A stretch of DNA of 64,000 nt from a virus. Both the position numbers and the translations under genes were made by a program. The number at the start of each line of letters is the position of its first letter. The stretch's first letter is position 1. The stretch lies in IMG/VR virus record IMGVR_UViG_3300021376_000007, one strand, 5' to 3'. Below are positions 42,621 through 53,185 of this stretch, piece after piece. The notes under the pieces are model-generated. The model was not told where the DNA came from, did no database searches, and was given only the letters and a program-made list of their open reading frames with translations.

Positions 42621-44567
42621 ATGAGGCTTAAGCCGCAAAAAGGTACTTGGATTCTTGGCGTACTTTTTTTTATTAGTGTTATTTTTTCTAATTTTTCTGT
42701 TTCTGCCCAAGCCGAACCAGGACTTAATGTAACTGTTTACAACAACTTTGGCTACAACAATTCGCCTCCACTCCCCACGGTCACCGGTCGTCCGGTCGTT
42801 GGAACCACCACTCTCACTCAAATCAATCAAAACTTCGACAGTACACCGCTGTTCAATATGTATGAAGACTTTATTGTTAAATATGAAGGCCACATAACAC
42901 TGCCCGTGACTGGCTCGTTTAGGTTTTTGCCCGCTGCGGATGACGGAACCAAACTCTATATAGACAATGTTTTGATAGACAACAACTGGGTTGACAAGGG
43001 CGGCTGGGGCAACCCGTCACAGTACGTTTCTTTTAGCGCTGGAGTTTCTAAGCCAATCACATATTGGTATTACGAAAATGGTGGCGGAGCCAATACGACT
43101 CTCTACTGGGATATAGGTTCGGGATGGCAGGTAGTTCCCGCCTCTGCTTTTACGAAGACTGTCGTTGCACCAACCACGACTACTACCAGTACTACAACTA
43201 CAACGATAGCGCCATACTTTAACTCTGTTCAAAATCTCACAGCGGTAGCAGACAACGATGGAAATGTTGTTTTGAATTGGAATGCCCCAACACCAAGCAA
43301 CACTGCCCCATATATGTACAACATTTTGTTTCATGACCTGGTTGATGGGGTAGAAGCTGGTGGTTGGGGAGTGTGGACATACGCCGTAAATACTTCATAC
43401 AGCCTCGGCCCATGGATGTGGCCTGGAACAACTGGATACGGACCAGTGAGATTTAAGATTCAGGCAGGGACAGCCCCATGCGTCGGAGAGGGTGCTGGGT
43501 CCTGTATGTACGGACCCCAGGCAACTGTTGATGCCGTGGTGATTGATCCTACTCCGCCCACTACTACCACTACAACAACTACAACGACTACTACTATTCC
43601 TCAAACCACCAGTACAACAATATTGTTATCGCCAAGCACGGTAGAGCAAACAACCACGGTACCAGAAACCACGGTGCAACAAACCACGACAACATCTACA
43701 ACAACCTCCACAACGACTATTCCAAACACTACCACTACACTGATTATTACACCAAGTTTAACGACAACAACATTGTCAAGTACAACGACAACAACACTAC
43801 CAATCCCAACAACAATACCAACAACGACAACTATTCCTGAAATTACAGAAACTATAACAACAGAAGAAGCTGTTGATTTGGCTACAAATAAAGATGTTTT
43901 GCAAGAAATAACGCAAGAACAAGCCACACAGGTTTTTCAATCAATTGATACTTCAGATATAACAGAAGAAGAAAAAACTCAAATCATTGAAGCTGTTCAG
44001 GATGCCCCGGCAGAAGTCAGAGAAGCTTTTGAAGAAGAAATAAATATCTATGCGGATGGATTTGACGATTATGTGCCAGTCGGTTCGGTAATTGATGTTG
44101 GAACTAGAAGAAGTCTTATAGCTGCAACTACAGTTCTTTCGACTGTAACAGTTCAAGCAGCAGCATCTGGTGGTTCTAGTGGTCCTTCTTCTCGCGGTCC
44201 ATCGCCATCTGGAGGTGGTGAATCTGGTGGATCAGGCTCAAACAATGCCGCCAGAAAAGAAGATGAGTCAGAAGAAGAAGAAGAAGAGGAAGTAGAAATA
44301 GAAGGTCCAGAAGGGGACGAAGAAGAAAATACCTTTACTAAAAATACTATATTCAAATATCAGGAGGGAACAATGAAAAGAACTTTTAATCCTTGGGGTT
44401 TTATTAAAAAGTTCGCAAAAGAAACAGCAGCATTAGCGTTTACTATATCTGGTACAGTGATTGTTTTTGCAACCCTTTCCGGAGACACAAGAAAAATTAC
44501 TTTAATAGCCACCAGTTGCGCGTTTGCGGTCCACTATATAAACGCAATGCTGCAAAATGATGAATAA
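42621..44567 (+). CDS. Secreted/membrane-anchored surface protein: PA14 domain, FN3-like domain, Thr-rich stalks, C-terminal TM helices
   Basis: Signal peptide; ADDG.KLYID and YYENGGGA (PA14); L.W.AP; poly-Thr tracts; two hydrophobic C-terminal helices. Confidence 0.8.
   Translation: MRLKPQKGTWILGVLFFISVIFSNFSVSAQAEPGLNVTVYNNFGYNNSPPLPTVTGRPVVGTTTLTQINQNFDSTPLFNMYEDFIVKYEGHITLPVTGSFRFLPAADDGTKLYIDNVLIDNNWVDKGGWGNPSQYVSFSAGVSKPITYWYYENGGGANTTLYWDIGSGWQVVPASAFTKTVVAPTTTTTSTTTTTIAPYFNSVQNLTAVADNDGNVVLNWNAPTPSNTAPYMYNILFHDLVDGVEAGGWGVWTYAVNTSYSLGPWMWPGTTGYGPVRFKIQAGTAPCVGEGAGSCMYGPQATVDAVVIDPTPPTTTTTTTTTTTTIPQTTSTTILLSPSTVEQTTTVPETTVQQTTTTSTTTSTTTIPNTTTTLIITPSLTTTTLSSTTTTTLPIPTTIPTTTTIPEITETITTEEAVDLATNKDVLQEITQEQATQVFQSIDTSDITEEEKTQIIEAVQDAPAEVREAFEEEINIYADGFDDYVPVGSVIDVGTRRSLIAATTVLSTVTVQAAASGGSSGPSSRGPSPSGGGESGGSGSNNAARKEDESEEEEEEEVEIEGPEGDEEENTFTKNTIFKYQEGTMKRTFNPWGFIKKFAKETAALAFTISGTVIVFATLSGDTRKITLIATSCAFAVHYINAMLQNDE
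43555..43860 (+). repeat. Low-complexity ACN-codon (Thr-rich, mucin-like) tract
   Basis: Imperfect ACA/ACT/ACC/ACG repeats. Confidence 0.85.
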
Positions 44568-44600
44568 ATACAAATTTAATTATTACTATGGAGAGGGAAA

Positions 44601-44861
44601 TTGAAAACAACATATAATATTTTATTAAGAATCGTAGCTACTTTTGCCGCATCAGGGCTTAGCGTTATAGGCGCTGGAGCTATAGCTGGGGTGCCGCTAT
44701 GGAAAGCCTGTTTTATGGCTGGAATGGCTGGTGTTGCAACTGTGGTTGAAGGTCTTTCTAGGGCATTCCTTGATGATGGAAAACTTTCAGCTACAGAAAT
44801 CAACGAAGTTTTTAATAGACTTGAAAAAAAGAAACCAAATTCAAGTCAAGAAAATAAATAA
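44601..44861 (+). CDS. Holin-like membrane protein
   Basis: Two TM segments followed by DDGKLS..EI..F. Confidence 0.6.
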   Translation: MKTTYNILLRIVATFAASGLSVIGAGAIAGVPLWKACFMAGMAGVATVVEGLSRAFLDDGKLSATEINEVFNRLEKKKPNSSQENK

Positions 44862-44912
44862 AACAAACAAAGCTTGAGGGCTTAGTTAATAAACAAGGGA
44901 TTGGTTGAGGCC

Positions 44913-45624
44913 ATGCCTAATTTTTACAATTTATTAAGAGCAAGAAAATTTTCTACAGCAGCTGACACTGCTGTAGAAATAGCACCCAGCTCAAGTGCAA
45001 CACCTAATTTTGTAATAGAAGCAGGGCGGAAAATTAAAATGGTCTTCTGGCTCTGACACAGCAGACACTACATTATATAGATCCGCATCTAATACACTTA
45101 AAACGGATGATAGTTTTGATTTAGCTTCAGGGCATACCTATAAGATAGATGGAGCAGATGTTGTAACTGCTACATCCCTTGGTTCTTCTGTTGTGAGCTC
45201 TTCCTTGACTTCAGTTGGAACCTTATCTTCTTTAGAGATATCTGGAAGAACTGACGTATCAGAAATAAGAGAAACTGTTTCTAGTGTATCTATTTCAACA
45301 GGCGTTTTAACTTGTGACTATACTTCAGGCTGTGTTTTCTATATAGCTAGCATGAGTGGCGTTACTGCCAACTTCAGTGTTAATGTCACGAACGTTCCAA
45401 CAGATAATAACTACGCTATAACTATTTCAATTATAGTCAATCAAGGAGCTACTGGACGCTATCCTTCAAGCTTAACAATAAACTCAGGATCTAGTGAAAC
45501 TATTAGATGGGTCAACAACACCGCTCCATCTGTAAACGCAAATAAAATAGATATTTATAATTTTACATTAATTAGAGTATCTAGTGCTTGGGTGATTCTT
45601 GGCAGCGCAAGTAATAATTACTAG
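44913..45624 (+). CDS. Tail-fibre-like virion protein (~236 aa) with +1 shift at CGGA 45027-45030
   Basis: MPNFYNLLRARKF...IEAG-G-KLKWSSG..ADTTLYRSA.NTLKTDD; SSLTSVGTL; C-terminal IDIY.F...W. Confidence 0.78.
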
Positions 45625-45632
45625 GTTTTACA

Positions 45633-46473
45633 ATGCCATTCATAGGTTCAATATCAGGGGCAAGATCGCGGAAGAATATTTTCACTTGGAGGAATACCAG
45701 CAGCAGTTGGGTCAATAACACTAACTGCTGGTGATGCAAACGACACTTTCAGCTGGTCCGCTCCACCAAATGGCGGACTTGAAATCACTCAATATGGATA
45801 TCAAACTAGCACGAATAATGGTTCTACCTGGAGCGCTGAAACAATTATCTATACAGCTTCTGCTACATTAAATACTCAATATAGTGCAAGCTCATTTAGA
45901 ATTAGGGTTAGAGCTTATAATGCAGCTGGCTTTGGAGACTATAGCAATATATCAAGTTCTGGAACAGTTGTATGGGGTTATAATCCTGAATCAGATTCAG
46001 CCTCCTGTTCAGAATCGTGTTCTGAATCATGTAGTTGTGGACCTTGTGATTGTGGTGCCAATACCGGAACTAGAACTGGAACAAAAACTGGAACAAAATC
46101 AAGAACTTGCTATAGGTACACTAGAGCTGGATCTACTTCTTCTGGTCTTGTAGACTGTGGTGGCTATGGAGCCTGTGGTAGTTTTGGAGCTTGCGGCAAT
46201 TTTGGAGCTTGCGGTTCTTGTAGCGGATGCACTGCGTGGACTACCGCAAGCACATATGCTTGTGTGTACGCAACAGGCATAAATGGTGCCGCAACTGGTT
46301 ATTACTCCCAAAACGTGCTTGGCTCCGGATGGATTTATTATTCTGATAGCGGATGTAACAATGCTTCTAGCTGTGGTAGTGGTTTGACTGGTACAAACAA
46401 TTTAGAATATTGTTCTGCGAGTGGCGGCTATAGAGCAAATGGTAGCGCATGTCTGGATGTTTCGTGCTGTTAG
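45633..46473 (+). CDS. FN3 plus Cys/Gly-rich protein (~279 aa) with +1 shift at CGGA 45669-45672
   Basis: MPFIGSISGARS-G-RIFSLGG...W.AP..GG..I..Y...RVRAYNAAGFG.YS; the +1 frame is open 45673-46473 with no ATG. Confidence 0.8.
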
Positions 46474-46522
46474 TATTTAAATAAACCTACATATGATATA
46501 ATATAATTTAAAGGAGTTTTTT

Positions 46523-46738
46523 ATGAGTAGATATTCTTATATTGTGGATAGAGAAGTGGCTGCAATATTTCAAGTTCCGGATATGATAGATGGTTCAACT
46601 GATCTTCCGCCAAATTTAGAACGTTTGCATGCGATTTTAAAAAGTAAACCAATTGTAATTGAATTAACAGAAGACTATGGGGCTGTAGAAGAAGGACATA
46701 TTTGGGATGGAACATCCTTTAGTCCGCCAGAGGTGTAA
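46523..46738 (+). CDS. Small hypothetical protein (tail-fibre assembly-like)
   Basis: AAGGAG RBS; G.IWDGT.F.PP terminus. Confidence 0.6.
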   Translation: MSRYSYIVDREVAAIFQVPDMIDGSTDLPPNLERLHAILKSKPIVIELTEDYGAVEEGHIWDGTSFSPPEV

Positions 46739-46741
46739 AGT

Positions 46742-46987
46742 ATGACCAATCCATGGCAAGAATGGAAAAAGAAAAACATAGAACGTCAAGCTACTGGTAT
46801 AGTTCGTCCTTGGGATTTTGCTAATCCTGAAACAGAATATGTTTTAGAAGAAGATCAAAATAAACGTTTTTCAATTTGTGAAGACTGTGATAAATTAACT
46901 ATAGCAAAAACGTGTAAAGAATGCGGCTGTTTTATGCCAGCAAAAACAAAATTATTGCATGCATCATGCCCATTGCAAAAATGGTAA
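46742..46987 (+). CDS. Small Cys-rich protein
   Basis: R.SIC..C...C..CGCFM..KT.L..A.CPL.KW. Confidence 0.7.
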   Translation: MTNPWQEWKKKNIERQATGIVRPWDFANPETEYVLEEDQNKRFSICEDCDKLTIAKTCKECGCFMPAKTKLLHASCPLQKW

Positions 46988-47020
46988 CTATTTAAACTTC
47001 TGATAACCAATAGTTTTTCA

Positions 47021-47338
47021 TTATTTATATCCTTTTACTAGGCCATCAGGTATTGCAGCCAATCTACAATATCCATTGTCTTCAACTTTTTGTGCGACTA
47101 TTTTGCATACACCATTGCCCTCGTACATGGCACAATTTCCGCATTTAACTCCTATTGATAGATTGTCATTTTCTATCCCTGGAACATAGCCAACCCAAAT
47201 ACCATTGCCATCACCATTAGATAGCTTACCATACTTGGAAACTATTGTTAACATTGCGTTAACGTACTCTTGTTCTGCAGCTGGCATTTGCATTTCAATT
47301 TGTTTTAAAAATTCAGCTAACCAATATTCTTTCATCAT
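47021..47338 (-). CDS. Protein with HiPIP-like 4-Cys domain
   Basis: KCGNC.MY....C.IV...V...GYC. Confidence 0.6.
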   Translation of the reverse strand: MMKEYWLAEFLKQIEMQMPAAEQEYVNAMLTIVSKYGKLSNGDGNGIWVGYVPGIENDNLSIGVKCGNCAMYEGNGVCKIVAQKVEDNGYCRLAAIPDGLVKGYK

Positions 47339-47420
47339 AACCTACTTATCATTTTTAGCAAATATATATCCCAATATCCACATTAAAATTAAAGATGTCA
47401 TTAGTATAGCCGGAATCATG

Positions 47421-48290
47421 TTATCCGTCCGACATTAAAGATTGTCTTAAAGCTCTTTGACGATTATATTCAAATTCAGCTTTTTGATTTCTATTTTTTA
47501 CTTTACCGATACCAAATCCTGCAGCAGAAGCAAGAGCAGCAACTCCTGCAGCCCTTATGTTTTTTGATGCTTTTGCTCCTTGATAAACCCTTTTAGATAA
47601 AGCTTTTGAAGCTTCCATAAGCTCTTCTGTTATTCCGCCAGCCACTCTTGCTGAAGATACACTTGGCGCCGCTACAGGAGGCGTTCCATGTCCGGCAGCA
47701 CTTCTCAATACGGCATTTGATGGCGCAGAAGCTGACGCAACTGTTCTGGCTGTACTTGGTGGAGGAGTAGGAACAGCATTTGCAGAAACCGCTGCATTTG
47801 GGTTTGAAACATTTACAGGAGATACACTTCCAGTATTTCCTACTGTTGTAGAAACATTTTGAGCCCTAGTCCCAGCTGCTACTCCAGATCTTTTTTGTTG
47901 ATGTTTATCTACAGCTCTTTCTATTTCTTCTACAGCTATATCATAAAGTTCTTTAAGGCCTTCTTTTTTATCTCCGTCTGCGCCTATTGTTTTTTGGACT
48001 TGATCTTGTAGTTGTTTTTCAATTTTCGCTTCAGCTTTTTCGCTAATTTTATCTACGACATCTTTTGATTCTTCTTCTGCTTTTTTATCATCTTTTGGTT
48101 TTTGATTAGTTGATGGAGCAGATGGTTTTGGTTGAGATGGCGAATTTGGAGATGGTGTTACAGATTTTTGGTCAACTGATACAGCTTTGTCTATTACTGT
48201 TCTAGAAGCTTTTTCCAAAGGTTTTTCTTCATTGGGTTTAAAGGATAATGAATCCTTGTCTTCATCTTCCGGAGAATTTATCTCATTCAT
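47421..48290 (-). CDS. Low-complexity Ala/Pro/Ser-rich protein (possible internal virion protein)
   Basis: 289 aa; C-terminal GAKASK...AAGVAALA segment. Confidence 0.6.
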   Translation of the reverse strand: MNEINSPEDEDKDSLSFKPNEEKPLEKASRTVIDKAVSVDQKSVTPSPNSPSQPKPSAPSTNQKPKDDKKAEEESKDVVDKISEKAEAKIEKQLQDQVQKTIGADGDKKEGLKELYDIAVEEIERAVDKHQQKRSGVAAGTRAQNVSTTVGNTGSVSPVNVSNPNAAVSANAVPTPPPSTARTVASASAPSNAVLRSAAGHGTPPVAAPSVSSARVAGGITEELMEASKALSKRVYQGAKASKNIRAAGVAALASAAGFGIGKVKNRNQKAEFEYNRQRALRQSLMSDG

Positions 48291-48306
48291 TTTAACCTAC
48301 CGTATG

Positions 48307-48510
48307 TTAATTTGGTATACAAACTCTTTTGCAATAAAAAATATTGTCAACATGCTCATATATTATACCTTTAATTAAAGATCTTTTGCAGGTCGGGCAA
48401 ACATATGGATCTGCACCTTTGCCTCCATAATAAAGTATAGTTTTTCCTGGCAAAACTAAATTCTGTTTTTTGTTTCCTGAATTTACTTTAGCTGGTTTTT
48501 TACCTGCCAT
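48307..48510 (-). CDS. Small Zn-finger protein
   Basis: CPTC...C..VC. Confidence 0.6.
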   Translation of the reverse strand: MAGKKPAKVNSGNKKQNLVLPGKTILYYGGKGADPYVCPTCKRSLIKGIIYEHVDNIFYCKRVCIPN

Positions 48511-48592
48511 GGCCTACCTTCAATTTTACATTACTATATGTTAATAGTAACTGTTCAATTTTATTCACGATTGTTGATTTGGGTTTATTTTT

Positions 48593-50228
48593 ATGGGATT
48601 GTTCTCCAGTTTAAAACAAAAAATTCAAAGTATTCAAGAAGAACTTGAAAGGTCTCAGCAACAATATCAAGCTGCGCTATATCCAAAAACTTTTAAATTA
48701 TCTAAATTAGAAGATATAATTTTTAGCGACTCAACCATAGAGCCTATAGGACCAATTCCCCTATTGAAGGATGTCTTCCCGTTCGAGCGCGTTGATACTA
48801 CTTTAGATCTAGTGTCTGATCTTAAAACTCTTTTTGGAGGAGGAAAATTTGACGACTCCAGCATTCGTATATCTTCTATAGACTCAAGAGGAATCTTACC
48901 AATTGGTATTCCTGTTCCAATTTCCGAAATTGCAGAAGAAAACATTGTTGCCATTCTCGGAGAAAAAGCTTTTCAAGCTATGGATGAATCAGATACTACG
49001 CTTGGTTTTTATTCATCAGGAGCCCTCTTCGACCCCGAACACAAAAAGGTTTTAGCTGATTCAGGAATCGATATAGCCCAGCACCCTACTGCAACTAGTT
49101 TAATTGCTATTAGAGATAAAATAGCTAAATATGATTATGAGCTTATTCAGGCAATTGGAGAAGGAGGACAAAAAAGTTCAATTCCAGCTCCACTTGACGC
49201 TTTTAGTACAGTTGCACACGAATTAACGCACGCAGCTTCTTCCTTTGAATACAAAAGGTCTCAATCTTTTGCAGACGCTCTGTTGCTTCATCAAATAGGA
49301 AATCTTAGGCATCACATATCCACTGCCGCTCCAGGATCTATGACTTTCGATGACCCTGTTGTAGTCAACGCCATGGACGCTGCTAGGTTCGTAATGAACC
49401 AGCAAGCTGTTGAAGAAGTCACTGCCCAAGTAGGGTCTATTGCTTTTGCTGAAAGAGCTGGAATTCCATTAACCAGATCAATTATTCTTACTGGGTATCA
49501 TAGCCCGTCCTCTTTTGGCCCATACTCTGAAGGGCCTCTTGGATTATTGAGTGAACAAGTTGTAGAAATGGTTAAGAGAGGTTTGATTAGAAAACCAGAT
49601 GGCTCTTTGTATACCCCCGAAGATTCTGCATTTTTTACCAGTCACATTGCACAAGAACTACAGATGCAGGGGGCGTCGGTTTATAATGCTGGAATGCTAA
49701 GGTCTCTTGCTCAAGCCCGCCGCCCCCGGTACGGGATTCATCCCCGGGGGTGCCGCCCACGTCATGCTCGAGAGGGCCGGCATCCACATTGATCCACAAA
49801 GTTTTTTTAGTCATGCTGAATATGTCGTAGAGAGTAAAATTCTTGGGGTAGAAGCTGGAGTCGCCGGACTTGGTCAAGAAGGTGTTCCTTTTCCTGGTTT
49901 AATGGAAAAAACAAAAGAAATATTAGCAGGAAAAAACCCAACCGTTCCAGAAGACATAGGTAGAGTGGTTGAAATTATTCCAAATGAACAAAAAATGGCC
50001 GCTTCTGTAGCTACTACTGCAGCCGCTGCTGCATCTACTACAGCTTCAAGGGCAGCCCCTGTTGCCGCTCGTGCCTTAGGTGGATCTGCATCAGCTACCA
50101 AAAGGAACCTTCATGCTGCAGCAGAAGTAGCTAGTGCAGTTTCAACAGGAACTAAGGCGTCTAAAGGTTTAGGAGCAAGAGCAGTAAAACTTCTTAGAGG
50201 AACTAACTTTGGAAGACTATTTCGTTAG
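48593..50228 (+). CDS. HExxH (zincin-like) protein split near 49707-49792, containing an 81-nt GC-rich uS5-like segment
   Basis: VAHELTHA and downstream EE; frames 48593-49792 and 49707-50228 differ by +1; Ala-rich C-terminus. Confidence 0.55.
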
Positions 50229-51235
50229 CTTCTCCAAAGCCATTCTGGATGTTTCTTTGTCCATTCAACTGTAGTTTGCAAAGACTGCTCCAAAGGAATT
50301 GGGGCAACCCATCCAGCTTTGGCTAGCTTTGTTCCGTCTAGGGCATAACGAAGATCGTGCCCAGGACGTGTAGTGTGAAAATCTTCAAACTCAAACTGAA
50401 GTTCCTTGCCCCAGTAGAAAGCAACCATCTTTGCCATCTCTAGGTTGTCTACTTCTCTTTCTCCAACAATGTGATACTTGTCTGGTCTGTCAGCATTTGG
50501 GTAGGAGATCGCTGGAAGATTTTTTAGTATAAATAATAAAGCGTCTGCTTGATTTCTTGCGTGAAGATAATATCTGGAACCAATATTCTCTGGTGTTCCA
50601 TGAATTGTCATAGGAACGTTTTTCTCTAGGCAATACATGATCTTTGGAACAAACTTCTCTGGATCTTGACGTTCTCCAATAATGTTCATTGTATTAGTGA
50701 TTACAACCGGAACTTCAAATGTTCTCCAATAAGAAATGCATGCAGCCTCTTGTGCAGCTTTTGATCCAGAGTAAGGATTGGACGGCAAGATTGTGTCCCA
50801 CTCTATGTGAGCATACCCCTTTGGTGCCGGACCGTATACCTCATCTGTTGAAACGTGAAGAAATACTTCTGGCTGAATTTTTCTAGCCAATTCCAACATG
50901 TTTACGACAAGTGCAACGTTGTTCAAAATAAATGGTGCAGGGTCGGTAATTGATCTGTCAACATGTGAATCAGATGCCATAGAAATAATATAATCAATGT
51001 GCCCCATATCTTTAATCATTACATCAGAAAATGGAACAGTTAGATCATGAGTAATTAACTGAACACGATGTCTTTCTGCTTCCCAGCACCCAATGGAAGT
51101 AATGCGGTCAGTTACTCCTCGATGACGGAACGAATCACTGATGACAACATCCCAGTCAGTTGTTTTCAAAATGTGCTCCAGAGTATGATGGCCTACAAAT
51201 CCACCAGCTCCTGTTAAAAACACTCTTTTATTCAT
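50225..51235 (-). CDS. rfbB: dTDP-glucose 4,6-dehydratase
   Basis: TGAGGFVG, SHVDRSI, VSTDEVYG, PSNPYSGSKA, QDPEKF and RPGHDLRY motifs. Confidence 0.9.
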   Translation of the reverse strand: MNKRVFLTGAGGFVGHHTLEHILKTTDWDVVISDSFRHRGVTDRITSIGCWEAERHRVQLITHDLTVPFSDVMIKDMGHIDYIISMASDSHVDRSITDPAPFILNNVALVVNMLELARKIQPEVFLHVSTDEVYGPAPKGYAHIEWDTILPSNPYSGSKAAQEAACISYWRTFEVPVVITNTMNIIGERQDPEKFVPKIMYCLEKNVPMTIHGTPENIGSRYYLHARNQADALLFILKNLPAISYPNADRPDKYHIVGEREVDNLEMAKMVAFYWGKELQFEFEDFHTTRPGHDLRYALDGTKLAKAGWVAPIPLEQSLQTTVEWTKKHPEWLWRS

Positions 51236-51257
51236 TGTTATTTCCTTTTATTTTAGA

Positions 51258-51331
<74 letters not shown>

Positions 51332-51409
51332 AAAGCCTTACTATGTGCTTATGAGCTTTATAAATATTATTCTATTGTTTCTAACCATCATTTGTAGCTG
51401 GCGCGCCTA

Positions 51410-51685
51410 TCATTCTTTATTTTTTAATCCGCTTGCACTGATTCCGTAACCAGACGGCAATCCCTTGTCGTCTAAATCATATCCACCAACCTTGACCTGA
51501 GAGCAGAAATTTTCTGCTATTTGCAATATTGGGTCAAGCGCTTCTGGAAACTGCTTGTTAGTATAAATGTATATTTCGCTAAGAGCATTTGTTATTCTTA
51601 GGGAAGCATTGTGTATTTTTTCGTGCTCTAATCCTGTTTTTGACAAGACCTCATACACTTGTCTGTACACTTTTGTGTAGTTCAT
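51410..51685 (-). CDS. Hypothetical protein directly upstream of tRNA-Gly
   Basis: MNYTKVYRQ... with AAAGGA RBS. Confidence 0.6.
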   Translation of the reverse strand: MNYTKVYRQVYEVLSKTGLEHEKIHNASLRITNALSEIYIYTNKQFPEALDPILQIAENFCSQVKVGGYDLDDKGLPSGYGISASGLKNKE

Positions 51686-51733
51686 TTTTTGTATCCTTTG
51701 CAAAAGTTCGGCGCTTTAAATTCTAGGACATTA

Positions 51734-51742
51734 ATTATACCA
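51734..51742 (-). promoter_or_regulatory. Extended -10 promoter (TGGTATAAT) for the ORF / tRNA-Gly / rfbB unit
   Basis: Perfect TGnTATAAT on the minus strand. Confidence 0.6.
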
Positions 51743-51818
51743 TAAAAAAAACAAAAAAATCAGTACTATAAACTTGTGATTTTTTAAAAAACAGGATAAG
51801 AAAAGCTTTTAATATATT

Positions 51819-52890
51819 ATGGACGGTGTCACAAGAAAACTAGGAGAAGCTGCAGAAGACATACCAGAAGATGCTCTTAAAATAGACATAGATGGCAAAG
51901 TTTATTTATTACATCACTCTCGTACTAGATTAGAAGTTGGAGAGAAGATACTAGCTTCTGGATCTCCTGGATTAAAACAATCTACAGCTGGTGATGCCTT
52001 TGCTGGATTTTCATACGGTTGGGACGCACGAGATCCAGAAGCAGTCACAAACGCCATACGTGGAGGAGGTTTTTCAAATGATAATCCATCACCACACGTT
52101 TATATAACAGTAGCCGACGAATCTCAAATACATCCAGATTTAAACGTTCCCAATTCTTTATCTAGAGCTGTAAGGGGTGAACAAACAATTCTTGCTAGCA
52201 TCTCGAGGCTGCCAAATGAAAGTGTTGAAGATTTTTCTGTAAGAATAAGAGATAAGCTTGGAGTTTTGGGAAGAGATCTTGGAGTTGATTTATCTCCAAG
52301 AACAGTTGAAGAATCAGCTCTTGTAAATCTACGGATTGACTGTATCAGATAGAGCAAACGCTGCTCTTGAAGCTACTCAAGAATCAGTCGGAAAACAATT
52401 TTTGCAGGACCATATATCGGATCTTTCGGAGCCAAGTGCCCATAGAAGAAGAGAAGTCGCAATGGCCGCACTTGAAATTGCAAAAGAACGAAAACCACGA
52501 GAAGCTGCTCTTATTCTCACTCCTGTTCGCAGCGGAAGAGCAGCAGCAGCTACAGTTTTGCAGACTGGACTTGATAAAATAAAAGAAGCAGAGGAAGCTT
52601 TCATAAGGGGGGCTGGCGGAATGCAAGCGGTTGTTGATGCGGCAATTGAATCCAGATTTCATGGATATTCAGATAAATATCCCGGCGTTGCAAGAAAATT
52701 TGAACCAATAAAAGAATTAATGGAAGGACCAGCTAAAGAAATTGCAGGCAAAAGAGTTGGGGTTATGTCAAAGAAAACTCTTAAAGGAGTTTTAGGCGCT
52801 CTTCGAGCTGCAGCAGCAGTGGCTGCACGAGGTAAAAAGGGTCTAACCGCAAGCGATATTGGCGAAGGATTACTCGGCGAAATATTATAA
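51819..52890 (+). CDS. Putative Arr-like ADP-ribosyltransferase domain plus Ala-rich tail (~356 aa) with +1 shift at CGGA 52332-52335
   Basis: LHHSR..LEVGE.I...G, HVYI and D.NV motifs; junction VNL-G-LTVSDRA. Confidence 0.55.
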
Positions 52891-53185
52891 TCGGCGATTT
52901 AAATCTCTAAGATTTTAAAAAGTTAGTTTAAAACTCTATCTTTTTTCTTACGATTTTTAACTCTCATCTTAATTCTTAAAGCTGAGTTGCTGTTATGAAG
53001 CTTTGAATTGTATTTAATTTTTGCTAGTTCTGATTCAAAAAAAGACATTTTTCTCCTTAAAGATTTTAACCATAATAATAACAGCATTTTTTGTAAAACA
53101 GTTCCCAAAGATGATGTGACATATAAAAAAAAATAACTTTGAAAGCATAAAAAATTACTATTATCAAAGCAGAACAGGAGAGCAC

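Noticed and set aside
43170-43860. CRISPR array or DNA-level tandem repeat
   Set aside because: Degenerate Thr codons inside a CDS; no repeat-spacer periodicity.
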